Positions 24,401 to 39,400 of a DNA stretch of 64,000 nucleotides are shown here, piece by piece (position 1 is the stretch's first letter; each line of letters begins with the position of its first letter). Location: NCBI RefSeq assembly GCF_964213995.1, contig NC_135804.1, positions 42,656,001-42,720,000 of the forward strand, given 5' to 3'. The notes beneath the pieces are model-generated. The model saw only the letters and a program-made list of their open reading frames with translations. It had not been told where the DNA came from and ran no database searches. The position numbers and the translations under genes are program-made. Origin of the DNA: Mustelus asterias. Taxonomy: Eukaryota.

Positions 24401-27400
24401 GTCAGTGGATATCTGGCTGGCTCACTGCATCTGCAAATCCATATCTGAGTATCATATATCAGAACTATTGTAGGTGGTTCAGACCTTGTGGCCCCCAGGA
24501 GTAGCATTTGATGTTGATCCAGAATCACAGCATAGTTAAATCATACCAAGTTTACTGGGCATAGGAGCACCAGCCAATAATGGTCATTACTGGGGCAAGA
24601 TCTCTACTTAGCAAAGAAAACAACCATGGATGACATGAAGCTAAAAGAAAAAGAATACAATACCAAAAACAGTACAGATTCTGGTGAATGGGACAGACAA
24701 AAAGAATAGCACAAAGTGATGATAAAATTATTTCTGCTGGTTTGGGAATCTATAAGAGGACAGAGCCTAAAAATTAAAGCCTGGCCTATCAGTAATGAGG
24801 TTAGAAAACACTTCCACATTCTGAGGGTGGTAAAAATTTGGATCTTGCTTCTGCAAATGGAAGTTGACATTGAAATTGATATATTTTTGTATTAAGGCAT
24901 ATATGGAGTTAGTTCAGGGATCACCTTGATCTCACTGAATGGCAGAACAGACCCAATGGGCTAAAAATGTACTCCTGGAAAAGTCTTTTTGTACATCCTG
25001 CTTCCTCAGTTTCAGCCACTACTGTTGAAACACCATGGGCGGAATTTTGTCAAAAAAATTCGAAGCGCAAAACAGGCAAGAAAGTGGGAGGTTTCTTTGC
25101 CTGTTTTTCCAGTGAGGTAAGCCATGGTAATTTATGGCACTCTGTGTAATACAGAGGCTGTAAAGTAATTCTTGCCAGTAGCGGAGGGGGGTGGGGGGTG
25201 GGGGGTGGGGTAGGGGGGTGGGGTGGGGGGGGGGCGTGGGGGTGAGGTGGAGATGGAGTCTCAGCATGCTAGTGTGGCCGTTTGCTCAGCAAGTACCCCT
25301 ATCTCCCAGTATACTGTGTACAATGTATACACACTATACAGGGAAATCTGTCAGCACCCCCCACCCTCCTCCTAATACATCACCCTCCTCCATCCCACCT
25401 GATTGTTCCTCCCCCCAATGATCGTAGCTCCGACCCTCCCCCTCGATTACGGCCCTCTCCACCCTGATCACGGCTCCGCTCCCAACCCCGGCCGATTACC
25501 GCCCCCCCCCGCCCCCAATTCACTGCGCCCGCTGCACCCCTCCCCCACTCCCGATTGCCGCCCCTTCCCAACTCTGCCACTCCCCTCATGGCCCTGCCTC
25601 CTCAGGTCCCGCTCCATTATGCTCCTCCCCGGCTCCATTCCCTTGGCACTGCTCAGTGGGCACTGCCAGGGCGCCAGGCTGACAGTGCCAGGGTGCCAGG
25701 CTGGCTCTGCCTAATGGGCACTGCCCGGCCCTGCTCCAGACCATCTGGGGGACTTTGATGACCCAGGTCCCACTGGCAAGGCCATCATATCTGGTCCCCA
25801 TTGGTGGGGTCCATCTGTGATCCTCACCGGTGAGGACCTTGACTGGCGAAGAGGCTAAGGTAAGTGAACCCAGACTATTGCACACCAGGCTCGTTAATGA
25901 CGTGCTAAGCATGCCATTAATATTTAACTCAGCTTTGCGCCCTTCCTGGGTAAGCACCTTTTACAGCACTCCCTGTTGGTCAGAAGAGCATGAAAGCTCT
26001 GTACCCTCAGGGAAACCTTTGGCCTCCCCTCTGCCAGTTGTGACTCCTTTCTACCCTCGTCTTTATTCATTGACCAAATTCCTGCTAAACCTGGGCCCGA
26101 CCTCGAATTATTCCCCAGACATTAGAGTCCTCCATGGTATCTTGCTTACTTCCACATAAATATTGGAGCTGTACTATGGCAAAACGGATGTTTTTTGGAA
26201 AACTGGAAAAAAAGCTGAAAGGTGGATGACATATCACAGCGAATCAAGGAAAAGACATAAAAAGAACAATCAAATAAGAAAATATCTAGGTAAGGTACTG
26301 AAAAGGCATGAGAAGTAATATAAGGAGAAAAATAATATAACTGCAAATAAAAGAAATCTAAAATTAAAAAATGGAAAATTCCATTTTCCAGGTCGCCAGC
26401 ATCGTAGAAAGGGAAAGATATGCCAGAATCTGGAATAAGAACCACCATCAGATTTGTGTTCTGATGAAATGATCACATCTGCAAATCAATAGACTCTGCC
26501 AGGTGCTGATGGATTCCATACATACCAACCATAAGTCTGACCAACACTGAGCACGTAAATTTAATTAACAAGTCTTAAATTAAACTAAAGATTAGAAGAA
26601 ATGTTTTCTCGTACAGCATATGTGGAATATACTCTCAGGAAAAGCAATTCATTAAATTCATCAAAAGGAGCTGGATACTTATCTGGTTTGAAGCAGGATT
26701 GGCAGCAAGAGAGAGAGGTTAATATTATGATAAAATATTTAACGGAAAGGAAAACAAAGGTTTCTGTGTTTCTTGGATGCCAAACATTGTTTGGTGAGCA
26801 GAAGATTAAGACTGCATAGTGGAGATGTGACATTTACTTAATAACCCTGGAGGATCAAGGAGTATTTATGCACAGCTTTCTCTCAGGAAATTAAATCACT
26901 GTGGCTGACTATACAAGCTTTAAGGAAAGGGCTTGTTGGGCTGGAAGAACTTTTCTAATTCTATGTCCTCTCATGTTCTTATTTGTTATTGCTGCTTGGA
27001 GTTTCCATTTCTCATGGCTTACAATTTGGGAAGAAATTAAGTTCTAATGGCCAATATTTTCTCTGCCATTAGCTATGTGAAAAGGGTGTTTCCTTATTGA
27101 AATGCATTGAATGGCATGATGCTGCTGTCGGTGTGGTAGATACAAACTAAACTCACCACAGAAAGTTAAGGTGTCCTTTCCAGTCTATTTACGGTTTTAA
27201 CAATGCGCCAGCATTAATTATTGCCACTGAACATTTTTAGAACTGAAAATTACAGAAGGCATCATTTATTACCCCACTGCAGCAAAATTTAGCCAATAAT
27301 ATTACTTACTGCACTGTCAAAAATGTCTGTATCTGCCCACGATACTCTTCTTCCTTCTTGAATATACAATTGCTTTCCAGGTTTCTGCGCCTAAAATATC

Positions 27401-30400
27401 AAATTCCATGAAATCAGACATCAGAAAGATTGCTGATGTTCATCCCTACTTTCCTTAGAAGTTTAACCTTTATTTACCCCACTATTTTTCCCTTGCTAAT
27501 ATCCAAGACACCTATCCACTGCATCCAGGGGTTGGGGTAAACAGCCTTTTTTTCTAACCTATTGACTGATTCCCAAAAAGGTAAAAGCAGTTCAATGGAG
27601 ACTGCCCATCTGAATTTCCTTTCCTCCCAAGAAATGGTATCCAGGCTTCACATCTTGTAGCAGTGCAGCTAAAACAAGGTAGACTGAAAAAAATAATTCT
27701 ATTTCATAACACTGCATGGTCTTACTTGCTGTTATTCTAACACTATGCATCATTGCATTGCATCTATCCTTCCCTCTGTCCATTTTAAACATAAGATTAA
27801 ATGTGCTAAATTGTGCACTTCTGTTGTGGATCCTTACCCATTGGAGGTGCATATTGAGAAACTGCCTAACCATTAATTTTAGTGGCTTTCTGAAACTAGT
27901 GAATTAGAAATCTTCTCTTATTTAATTTTTCTCTAAGTGAAACAATATCAAGGAAACCTAATTACACTAATCTTGGAAATATTAGCAAATCTAATAAACT
28001 GATAAAATCAAGAAACATTTGGAATCATTAAAATTGAATAAACTGAATTACCAAAATTGATGCCTCAGATACAGTAGGTGAAGGTTCTTTAACTTCCTCT
28101 TTTACTGGCAACTTTTCTGGTCCTTGTTTTGGGACCACCTCATTTTGATCCACAGTCATAATGGATTCATTTGATGGCAGGTATGAGGTCATCCACTTTA
28201 ATTCAACATCTAGCGTGCCATTGGCTTGTTCTTCAGAGTTTGCAAGTTCAAATGTTCCTAGAAATAAATTAAGAAAGTGCATAATAAAGATACTGTTTGG
28301 AAAGGGCAAGACACTTCATTTAACAAAAACTTCAAAAATTACTGCATGTTTTGGAAGTTTTATATGTTGATCTGAAGGGCTATCATTAATAACAGCCGAA
28401 ATGAATTCAACAGTAACAAACTATAGAGGCAAACTATATTCTTAGGCACTATATTGGCATCATGACATATATCAATCGTACCATCACAGGGAGGTACAAG
28501 ATAAAGGACCAGGTAATTCCCTTCAATTAAAGGAAAACAAGTGCAATCAGAGTCACACCAGGCCTCTTGCTTACGTTTACCAGCCACTGGTTCAGGGCAG
28601 CATTTGAGAACAAAGAACAGTACAGGACAGGAACATGCCCTTTGGCCCACCAAGCCTGTGCCGACACATGACGCCTTTCTAGGCTAAAGACTAAAATTTA
28701 TGGGGATCTTAGAATTGTACCCAAATGTCGATGTGGCTACAGATGGCTGCTGGTACAGCAAGGGTCAAAAATAGAAAATACATTAAGAATAGGAAGTCTA
28801 ATTTTCAAAAAGAAAAAAATGTATTTTGTATTATTACCTATGATGTACTTGTTGTGAGCTAATGAAATAAGGGGAACTTTGGCCTTTCCGAGGTAAGAAA
28901 TATCATTGGGCTCTGCATCATCAAACACGTAAATAATTAAAGATTCTGACTTTAAATATCGGTCAAGCTCTGCATTAATTGGTACAGGAAATTTCATGTG
29001 ATCATCAAACTGTGGGCTATTGCTGTTTGGAATGATGGCTGTATCATGGTCTGCAAAATCAAAGAACTTGTAGACAGCATAAGGACTTGGTTGGATGTTC
29101 TTTCCTTTGCCTTGTAGGTTGTCACAAGATTTTATCGTAATATGAAGTTCGTTCAGATTACCATCTGCCAGAGCTGCAGTGTGTGCCTATGAGTTCAGAG
29201 AAAAAAAATGTTTCAATTCAAGGCTATTACAGTTTATGCAAGGATCTATATGCTGACACTAAAGATGTAGGCAGCAATTTAAGCTTAACTAATCCACTAA
29301 GAAACTGAGATGTGGTACATTGCTGGTTTATGGCCCTGCCTGATTTTATTCTCCACTGAAGTTAATGAAAAGTCAGATTGAGTGGGGTGCAAAGTTGGTG
29401 TTCCACCTAACCCCATGAGTTTCCCACTGGCAAGTTAGATTAAAATTGCCTCCATTATCTTTAATACTGTCATTTTAATATTCATCTAGTACAACAAAAG
29501 TGGGCATGAGAGACAGAAATAGTAATGATTAAACTGCCAAACTACATCAACTTAATCCAACTCAGTTCTCTAGATGTTCATAAAAGCTTATTTTAAATTT
29601 GTTAAACCTTTTAATAACCAGTCAGTAACTGCACAGAAAATAATTGCTTGCTGTACACGAGCTTTAAAATCAAGAGATGGATGGTATCTTGATATACACC
29701 ATAACATTTGATTGTATATAGTTCTGAATAGTTTTCCTGTCTCTCTCCCAGGTCATTATTGTGAATATTGTGTGCATGAGGACAGAGGGAAAATGGAAGT
29801 AATTTGCCCCATGGCACTTCCATGCATCTTCAAAAGATAGAAAGACAGATGTTTCTTTATGTAGCAGCTTTTAGGGTCTCTGACTGTAATCAGTGACTGA
29901 ACATCTATGCATAATTACGTAGGTAAATTGGTCCCCTTGGCTCAAGAACATTGAGTAGATGGAATGTCAACAGTAGTTACCCTGCTCATTGACAACTCAG
30001 CTAATCATTGGCTGCAAAATTACATATAATTGACGGGATTCTCTGGTCTTGTCTGTGGTGGGACCCATTGCGAATAAGAACAGAAAATTTGGCATTGCAG
30101 CCAAAACTCCATTCACTTTCAGCAGAAAATCTTTGCAAATGAAGATGGAGATTGTGGCCAACGATCCTATTTAACGGTAGCCTGCACCTCTTAAAGGGAG
30201 ATGCATCTGAGTAACCACTTCCACCAGGATCCCTAATTCAGAGCTGAGGGCCCTCACACCAGGGGAACAATCTTACCTGTCGTCCATGTCCCGCTCCCGC
30301 TGCAGTGAGGATGGAGAATTTGGTGCCCAGCTAAATCTCTGTTCACTGCAGCGGGATGGGAAAACCCCATCGCCGTGAATGGCCATAAGATACCGGCCCA

Positions 30401-33400
30401 GGTGATTCAAGTGTGTCGGAAGTGTCCATGGCAAAATCCAATGCTCAGCAGCCACGAGTGAAATGTTGGTTCTGCATGTCTCCAGAAAGGTGGCCAGGAA
30501 GCAGTGGCAAGAGGTAGCAGTGGAGATCAATGTTAGAAAGTTGAGGCAAAGCGTAAAAAGGTTAATAAAATTAAGCAAAAGCAGAAGAGCCACTGTACCT
30601 CCAAACAGTAAATTAAAAATGTTTTCAAGCACTGCCATTGCAGCTGAAAGCAGCCCAAGTATCTACCAGCCTGAAATAATTAACTTAGCTTTAAATAGCA
30701 CTTTTCCTGTCACATTGGCTTCCGAGGTGACAAATCAGGTGCTGTCATAATTTTCATGTAGGTTTTTATTCAAATTATATTTCAATAGGTACAGCAATTA
30801 AGTTAAGCATGAGTATGGGATGACTGAGGGGTGGCAATATAGTGACCGATGCACTTCTGGTGTGTTTCGGACACGTGTGTTCTATGCTAGGAATTGATTT
30901 GCTGTGAGCCAGTTTCACTCTTGAAGGATGGGTAAAGTGAGGTCCAATTTTGTCCCACGTAGAGTTTACAGGTGCAATACTGCATACCAAAAGCTTAGCT
31001 TGTAGGACATCAAGCCCGGTGTGTCACACAAGGGCGCAGTGCTTTATCCACAGTAAGTTTCTTCCAGTTTTAGGCAAGGTAAATAATAAGAAAGCTGAGT
31101 AGTCAATTAGCTAACTGGTTTAAATTGGTTTCTGTAGCTGCAGTTCTGTTTAGTATAAATTCAGGGTTTTTTAGTGCAGTTTTGCAGTGCAGCTTGGGAC
31201 TGAGTATATACCTCTGAGTTTGGCGAGTGGGGGAAGGAGGTATTCCTTTCCTTTGCAACTTTGACAAAGGGTCATCTGGTTAAGCTTTTGGTGAGTACCT
31301 GGTAAGTGGTTACGGTTTGCTCTATTCCTAAGCTTTAGAAATTAATAAAATATATAAAAAAAGGAAAATAAATAATTTAATTAAAACAGGGCAGCAGCAC
31401 GGTGGCACAGTGGTTAGCACTGCTGCCTCACAGCGCCAGGGACCTGGGTTTGATTCCTGAATTGGGTCACTGTCTGTGCGGAGTCTGCACGTTCTCCCCG
31501 TGTCTGCGTGGGTTTCCTCTGGGTGCTCCGGTTTCCTCCCATCGTCTGAAAGACGTACTGGTTAGGTGCATTGACCCGAACAGGTGCCAGAGTGTAGTGA
31601 CATGGGGAATTTCACAGTGACTTCATTGCAGTGTTAATGTAAGTTTTACTTGTGACTAATAAATAAACTTTACATTAAGGAAGGCAGGACAGATAATGTG
31701 TCACAACCGCAGCATTTGGGACCTCCTGGATGTCAGTGTGATCCAGGGCAAACATGTCTGCAGTAAGTGTTTTTGGCTGAAGGAGCTTCAGCCTGGAGGC
31801 CGAGCTGCAAGTACTGCAACATCAGGGAGGTGGAAAGTTACTTAACCGCTTTATACCAGGAGGCAGTCACGCCCCTTAGGACAGGATCGGCTGATTTGGT
31901 TAGAGACAGAAGATTGTGACTGCAAGTGAGGCAGGTAAGTGGACCCAGAGAGCAGGAGTGCAGAATCTCAGGCTTTGACATTGCCCAATATGTTTGAGGT
32001 TCTTTCAGCTGGTTTGGATGAGACTGGGAACTGCAGGATGGATGAACTAACTGACCATAGTGCATGGCACATTCAAGTGGAGGGAGCAAAAAAGAATGTA
32101 GTGGTGGTCGGGACAGAATAATCAGGGGATTGACACTGTTTTCTGCAGCAAAGAGCAAGAGTTCAGATGTGTGTGTTGCCTGCCCAGTGCCAGGGTTCTG
32201 AATATCTGCTCTGGGCTGGAGAGAAATTTGCAATGGGAGGGGAAGGATCCAGTCATCGTGGTCCATGAAGCTATCAATGAATTAGGTAAAACTAGGAAAC
32301 AGGTTCTTTATAGGGAGTATGAGAAGCTAGGCACTAAATTAAAAAGCAGAACCTTGAAGGTAATAATCTCGATATCATTACCTGGGCCATGTGCAAATTG
32401 GCATAGGTTGCCTAAAATTAGAGAGATGCATGCATGGCTCAAAGATTGGTGTGGGAGAAGTGGGTTTCGACTTATGTGGCACAGCACCAGTACAGATAAA
32501 GTGGGGGTTGCAACATTTGGGTGGTTAACATCTGAACCATGCTAAGATTGGTGTTTTAGTGAGCTGCATAACTTGGAAAGGAGACAGGCTTTTAAATTAA
32601 ATAGGTAAGTGGATTAAATTTGGGAAGATGTAGTAAATTCAAGAATAGAGACAGGACAAGAGAGAAAGGTATTAATGTGGGAAATGATTAAACAGACCAT
32701 GACAGGAAGGGCCAGAGAGTACAAATCTCAGAGTAAATCAGCAAATAAGGCTAGAGGTTACAAAATAGATGGACAAATTAGAGGCCACGTAACTGAATGC
32801 ACGCAGAATTCAAAACAAAACAGACGAACTGATAGCGGAATTAGAAATAAATAAGTACAATCTGATAGTTATTGAACGACATGTCTGCAGGATGACATAG
32901 ATTGAAACCTGAATATTGAAGGGTACGTGACACTTAGGAAGGATAGAAAGGTAGAGAGGTAGCTTTGCTAATTAACAATTGTATTGGCACAATGGAGAGT
33001 TATTCCCTAAGTTCAGGGAACCAGGTTGCAGAAGCAGTTTGGGTAGAGATGAGAAATGATAAAGGCAAGAAGTCACTTGTGGGAGTGATGTACAGGCCCC
33101 TTCACAGTAATGATATGGTAGGCCAGGGTATAAAGGAAGAATTAATGGGAGCTTGTCAAAAAGGCACAGTGATAATAATGGGGATTTTAATCCACATATT
33201 GACTGGAAAAATCAGATAGGCAAAAATAACCCAGATGAGGAGTTCACAGAATGTTTACCAGATGGTTACATAGAATAGCACATTCTGGAGTGAACCATAG
33301 AGCCTGCTTTATTAGATTTGTTATTGTACAATGAGATAAGATTAATTAATGACCGCATAGTGAAGGTGCCCCTGTGCGCAGTGATCATATTACTGAATTT

Positions 33401-36400
33401 TACATGATTTGAGGGAGAGAAGAGTGGGTTTAAGAACTAGTATTTTAAACTAAATACGGGGAACTGTCAGGGCATGAAAGCAGAGCTAGTTAAAGTGAAC
33501 TGGCAAATTAGGTTCAGAGATAACGCGATAGAGGTGCAATGGCAGATATTTAAGGATATTTCAGTATACAAAAAATAGATACATTCCAATGAGAATGAAA
33601 AATCCCAAGTGGAGGACCCACCATCCGTGGTTAACTAAAAAAAGTTAAAGATAGCATCAAACTTAAAGAAAAAGCATGTAATTGCACAAAGATTAGTGGC
33701 AGGTCAGAAGATTGGACAGAATATTAAAAACAGGCAATGAATGACTAAAAGACTGATAAGGGGAAAAAAATTAGAGTACAGGAGAAAGCTAGCTGGAAAT
33801 ATAAAGAGTTTCTACAGCTATTTTAAAAGAAAAGAGTTAGCAAAGTGAGCTTTGGTCCTATAGAAAGTGAGTCTGGGCACTTAATGAAGGAAAATAAGGA
33901 GATGGCTGATGAATTGAACAGCTGAATTTGCATCAGTCTCCACTATAGGGGATACAAATAACATCCCAGAAATAGCTGCAAGTCAGGAAAATGCAACTCA
34001 AGAAAATTATAATCACTGGGGATGTGGTACTGAGCAAATTGTTGGAACTGTGGGTCAACAAGTCCACGGGTCCTGATGGACTTCATCTTGGGGATTTAAA
34101 AGTGGCTAATGATAGGTGATGTATTCATTTTAATTTTCCCTAGATTTGGGTACGGTTCCATTGGATTGGAAAATAGCAAATGTAGTTACTTTATTCAAAA
34201 AGGGAGGGAGACAAAAAGAAGGAAACTACTGGCCAAAAAGCTTAACATCTGTCATAGGGAAAATAGAATCACAGTGAAGGATTTTCCAGCCGTGCTGGCC
34301 CCAAAGCCAGAAAATCCCGCCTGAGGTCAACGGATCTTTGCATGGTCCGTGTCCCGCCCACTATGATTCCCGTGGCAGTGGGATTGGAAAGTTCTGCTCA
34401 TAGAATCTCTGAATGTTAGAAATTATTATTAAAGACAGTATGGCAGTGTGCTTGGAAAAATTTAAGGTAATCAGGCGGAGTCAAAACGTTTTTGTGAAAA
34501 GCAAAGGTGAGGCCTTTGTGTTTTTATTTTAACTGGGATGAAGTCCCACTGCACCACGGCCAGCCTTTTAAACTGCCCACCTCTGCACCCAGCAGCCCCT
34601 GTGGCTGCTTTCAAATCTTTCCTTGGATCGGCCAGCCTGGCTCCAGCCTACACCTGCACCCTGCTGGCAATGAAATCCCACCTTTGCTGACATTTTCTTC
34701 TGGTGCAGACAGGCTGAGTCAGGAATTTTCCCAACCCCTGCTAGCCAGCTTGAGGATGAAAATCCAGGCCAGACAGTTTAGATCTGGAACATGACAATGG
34801 TCAGAGGCTAAGAGAAAGAACGATTAGAATCTAACTCTTCAAGATACTCGCCAATCTTCAAATTTGAAATTCACCAAAGACAGGACAGTTTTCATTTTAA
34901 ATTTAGCTACAATAAATTTGTGGTTCCAACACACACGCTTTCAAACAGCCGACTATTTGATCAGGAGTAAATTGAAGTTCAGTTAAAATCTTGTGCGTTA
35001 TTTGCAGGTTTTGATAATTGACAAAGCATGTTTTCACACATATATAGAACTTTATTTTCTACCTTTATTTCATACCTTTATTTTCTACCATTATGATGGG
35101 ATTAAAAATCTTTACATTCATTTATATCAAAGCTTTTTTACTGTATTGAACATTTTTCAAAGCTTTTTGAGTCAAAACCTATCAAACCTAAATTCAGTTA
35201 AAAATTTTTAATGACAAAATGTTCACCTGTTGTGTTTGATCAATTGAATGATGACTGGAAGTTATGTATCCTAGAGCTTTAGTTCGTTCCTTATAAAGCC
35301 GTATAGCCTGAGCCATTGGCACACGTAGCCGGAACCAATATTCCACTGCTCCATAATTTTCAAAACCTCCTCTGATGCCTACATTCAAAATGGAGACTGT
35401 ATTTAAGAGAGACAGGGCAGCTGTGAAACAGTAATACATAATACCGCAGAAAATTAAATTTAGGATAATCTATTTACAGATAAATAGATTAGTTCTTTGA
35501 ATAGCATAAGTCCATGGCTTTTGATATCACTGTTCGTATGCATCTCTAGTATACATAGATAAAAATCTTATTGTACAATCAATGAACTGCATAATTTCCT
35601 TTTAATTGTGTAGTCAATTTGTAGATAAAAAATAGCGCTGATCAATATTTGGGATAAACACATTTCTTCTAATTTAATGATTTGCTACAGTTTGAGGTAG
35701 AATTAAAAATATCAGAACAATTTTCCCACTTCTCAATCAAGATTTGCTCTGGTTATTATTCACAGGTAAATCATATAAAGACATCCAAAGCAATCAGTCA
35801 GAAGAAAAAGGAGAGGCGTTCCCTACTTGAAACGTTGGCTTATACCAGCAGATGCTGCTTGAGCTGTCAAGTGTCTCCAGTCTTTCCTATTTTTGTTAAA
35901 AAACAAAGGTACTTCTCTCAATCTAATAAGCTTGTTTTAGGTTAAAAATCACCAGTTTTAGATACATGGTTCTGTTGATAAGTCAAAGTCCTGAAACTTT
36001 AGACTGGATTTTCATTCCAGAGGCCAATATCTTGAGTTAGGAAATTTTCTGGCTGAACCCATTCACCTCAGTAAAAGATTACGGGGGAAAGTGGTCAGCA
36101 ATGCTGCCTCACAGCGTCAAGGACCCAGGTTCAATTCCGGCCTCCAGTGACTGGCTGTATGGAATTTACACATTTTCCCCGTGTCTGTGTGGGTTTCCTC
36201 CGGTGCTCCCATTTCCTCCCACGCTCCAAAGACGTGCGGGTTAGGTTGATAGGCCATGCTAAATTGCCCCTTAGTGTCAGGAGGATTAGCAGGGTAAATA
36301 TATGGGGTTATGGGGATACGGGCTAGGTGTGATTGTTGTCGGTGCAGGCGCAATGGGCTGAATGGCCTCTTTCTGCACTGTAGGAATTCTATGCCCTGAG

Positions 36401-39400
36401 GAGTGTTAGTGTACAGGATGGAGTTGGGCCAGCCACTGTTGGACTCAAATTGGAGGTGGCCATTGGGGCTACCAAGTATTAACAACTAATCCTTTAATAA
36501 CCTTCTTGAGTTATCTATCAGACTGTTGTGATAATTGTGGTCTGGAAAGAAGCCAATTGTTACTAATGATATAATGGTAGCCCTGGGACTAATGTCAACA
36601 AACAGATATTTTAACCATTAGACCTGTTTTTTTTTCAACTTTCACTGACACAGATGCATTTTTTAATTTTTTTTAAAAGAGCTGGGGATTTAAGCAACTT
36701 GATAGTTACATGTACCTTATCTGCGCTTTATGAGCATTTATGTATCCTTCACAAATTTGTGCCTCTCACACTGTGGGATTAGGCTCTTGCTACAGTGAAA
36801 ATTGAGTCTGTTTATAGCCCTGGTGAGTTTGGGTTTTCCTCATGTGAGACGTGCCTCACTCCCTTTCCCTACTGGTGAAAATGGCATCTTTTGGAAATGT
36901 GGGTGAGACGTCTGGATCCAGGTTCTGTCCATCACTTTTAAAGGTCTGCAGTGACTCCACGAGTTTGTGAAAATGCAGCCCTTTAACTCTGTTCCTCTCT
37001 CCACAGATCCTGCTAGATCTGCTGAGCATTTTCAGCATTTTCCCTTTTTAGTTCAAATTTTCAGCATTTGCAGTATGTTGTTTTAATATAAAAACATTTT
37101 TAAAATTTGCTTACAACATTGTGACCAATCAAGTTTCCCCGATGCTTTCCTTATACCCAGTCCTGGGAATTGTGGATTTTTTCTGTTGTGTTGGTTAATT
37201 GGAGATGAATTTAAATTGTATTTAAATCTGATGCTTAGCGGACTAAGCAGCAGTGTGGGACACCACAATGCTCTTTCATTTTGAAGCCTAGAAATCTCAA
37301 TTAAAGAGGTATATCAAAGATACCTTTTACATCTAACAGTCATGAATTTAAGACTCAACCACATGTTAGATGTAAAAATATGAGGTGACTTTGGACAGTC
37401 TTTTTTGCCAGTCCCTCTGGACATGTACCTACAGCATAAACTGGCAATCCTACTTAACAGCAGTCACAAGACAACTGATGTAGGAAATGGAAAATAACAC
37501 ATTATCTTAAATAGAGCTTGCTACTACACTAATCTGCTGAAACTAGTGGACTGTTAAAAATCATGTGTCGAAGCTGACTTCTTATAAAAATAACTCATTG
37601 GCAAATAAAATATATACTTCCGTTTGGAATCAACTCTTCTACCTTTCTAATGAATGTGCCTTTGTCCTCCCATGTATTTGAAACTGCAGGTTTTTGAACT
37701 AACATAGGCTTATTACCTTTTTTTTGGTAACAAAAACAAGAAGCACTGGAGATGCTAAACAGATCAGACATTATCTGTTGACACAAGTCATGGGTTTGCA
37801 TATGGAACTCATCTGTCCTGTGCCTGATTGCTCTGAATGACAAAATCTCAGACCCAAAGGTTTGCCAAGCAACTCTGGAATAGGAAATATAATTTTTAAG
37901 TCCTGGTTGTAAAAGCTAATCCTATTTAAAGAAAACATCTCCTATCTCTTTACATGGCCTGGTGTCAAATACTAACCAATTACATTCCTCTCAAGCGCCC
38001 TGGCACATTTTGCTATTTTAAGGGCACCATGTAAATTCAAGTTATTTTTCCTTGAATATAATAGATTTTGAATCATGACACCTACTCTGAAATTAAGATC
38101 TTGAAAAAAATAGTATTGAATAAAATGATGGCATGAACTCCTTGTTTTACATATAAATGATATAGATGAAAATGTGGGAGGAATGTTAAGCAAATTTGCA
38201 GATGACACCAAGATTGGTAGGGTGGTTAATAGTGAAGTAGATGGTTGTACCTTACAGAAAGATGTAGATGGGTTGTCAGATGGGCAAAGCAGTGGCAGAT
38301 GGTATTTAACTCTGATAAATGTGAGGTAATGCACTTTGGAAGAAGAAACAAGATGAGGGAGTGTTTAATGAATGGCAGGACACTGGGTAGCTCAGAGAAA
38401 CAGAGGGATGGATCTTGGAGTAATTATTTGCAGATCCCTGAAGGCGGCAGAGCATGTGAATAGGATAGCTAAGAAGGCATATGGGACACTGCTTTCATCA
38501 GTTGTGGTATAGAGTATAAGAGCAAGGAGGTAATGTTGGAGTTGCACAGAGTGTTGGTTAGGTCACAGCTGGAGTACTGTGTGCAGTTCTGGTTACCTCA
38601 CTACAGGAAGGATGTGATAGCATTAGAGGGGGCACAGAGCATGTTGCCTAGGATGAACATTTGAGCAATAAAGAGAGACTGGATAAGCTTGGATTGTTTT
38701 CTTTAGAGCAGAGAAGGCTAAAGGGTGACATGACTGAGGTGTATAAGATTATGAGGGGTATGGACAGTGTGAGCAGGGAGCAGCTGTTCCCCTTGGTTGA
38801 GGGGTAAAGCATAAGAGGGTGTAGTTTTAGGGGATTTGAGAAGAAACTTTTTCACACAGAGGGTGGTGGGAATCTGGAGTACACTGCCTGGGAAGGTAGT
38901 AGAGGCTGGAAACCTTACAACCTTTAAAAAATATTTGGATGAGCATAGAACATAACAGCGCAGTACAGGCCCTTCGGCCCTCGATGTTGCGCCGACCTGT
39001 GAAACCAATCTAAAGCCCATCTAACCTACACTATTCCAATAGAGCACTTGAAATATCATAACGTTCAAGGACATGGGACAAGCGCAGGAAAATGGGATTA
39101 GCTCGCTTTTAGTGGTAGTTATTGTTGGTGCAAACTCGATGGACCGAAGGGCTTTTTCTGTGCTGTATGACTCTATGAGCAGCCACTACTGCAACAATTT
39201 GCATTTATGTGGTATCCTTCAGGTAGTAAAACATCTCAGGGTGCACCACACGAATGTTATCAAACAGAATTTGAAACTGAGCCACAGAGGAAGGTATTAG
39301 GTCAGCTGACTTCATCAGCTGGCTTTGAAGGAGTGTCTTAGAAAGAAGAATGATATCATACCACTCTGTAAAGGAAAGGCTGATCGAGATCCAACTTACT

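Larger units (their letters stand above)
31040..34505 (+). mobile_element. CR1-clade LINE, 5' portion: 5'UTR, ORF1 (zinc finger + SGNH esterase), ORF2 APE endonuclease to RT start; decayed
   Basis: ORF1: [49 protein letters not shown]2: [45 protein letters not shown]. Many stops and frameshifts. Confidence 0.9.
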
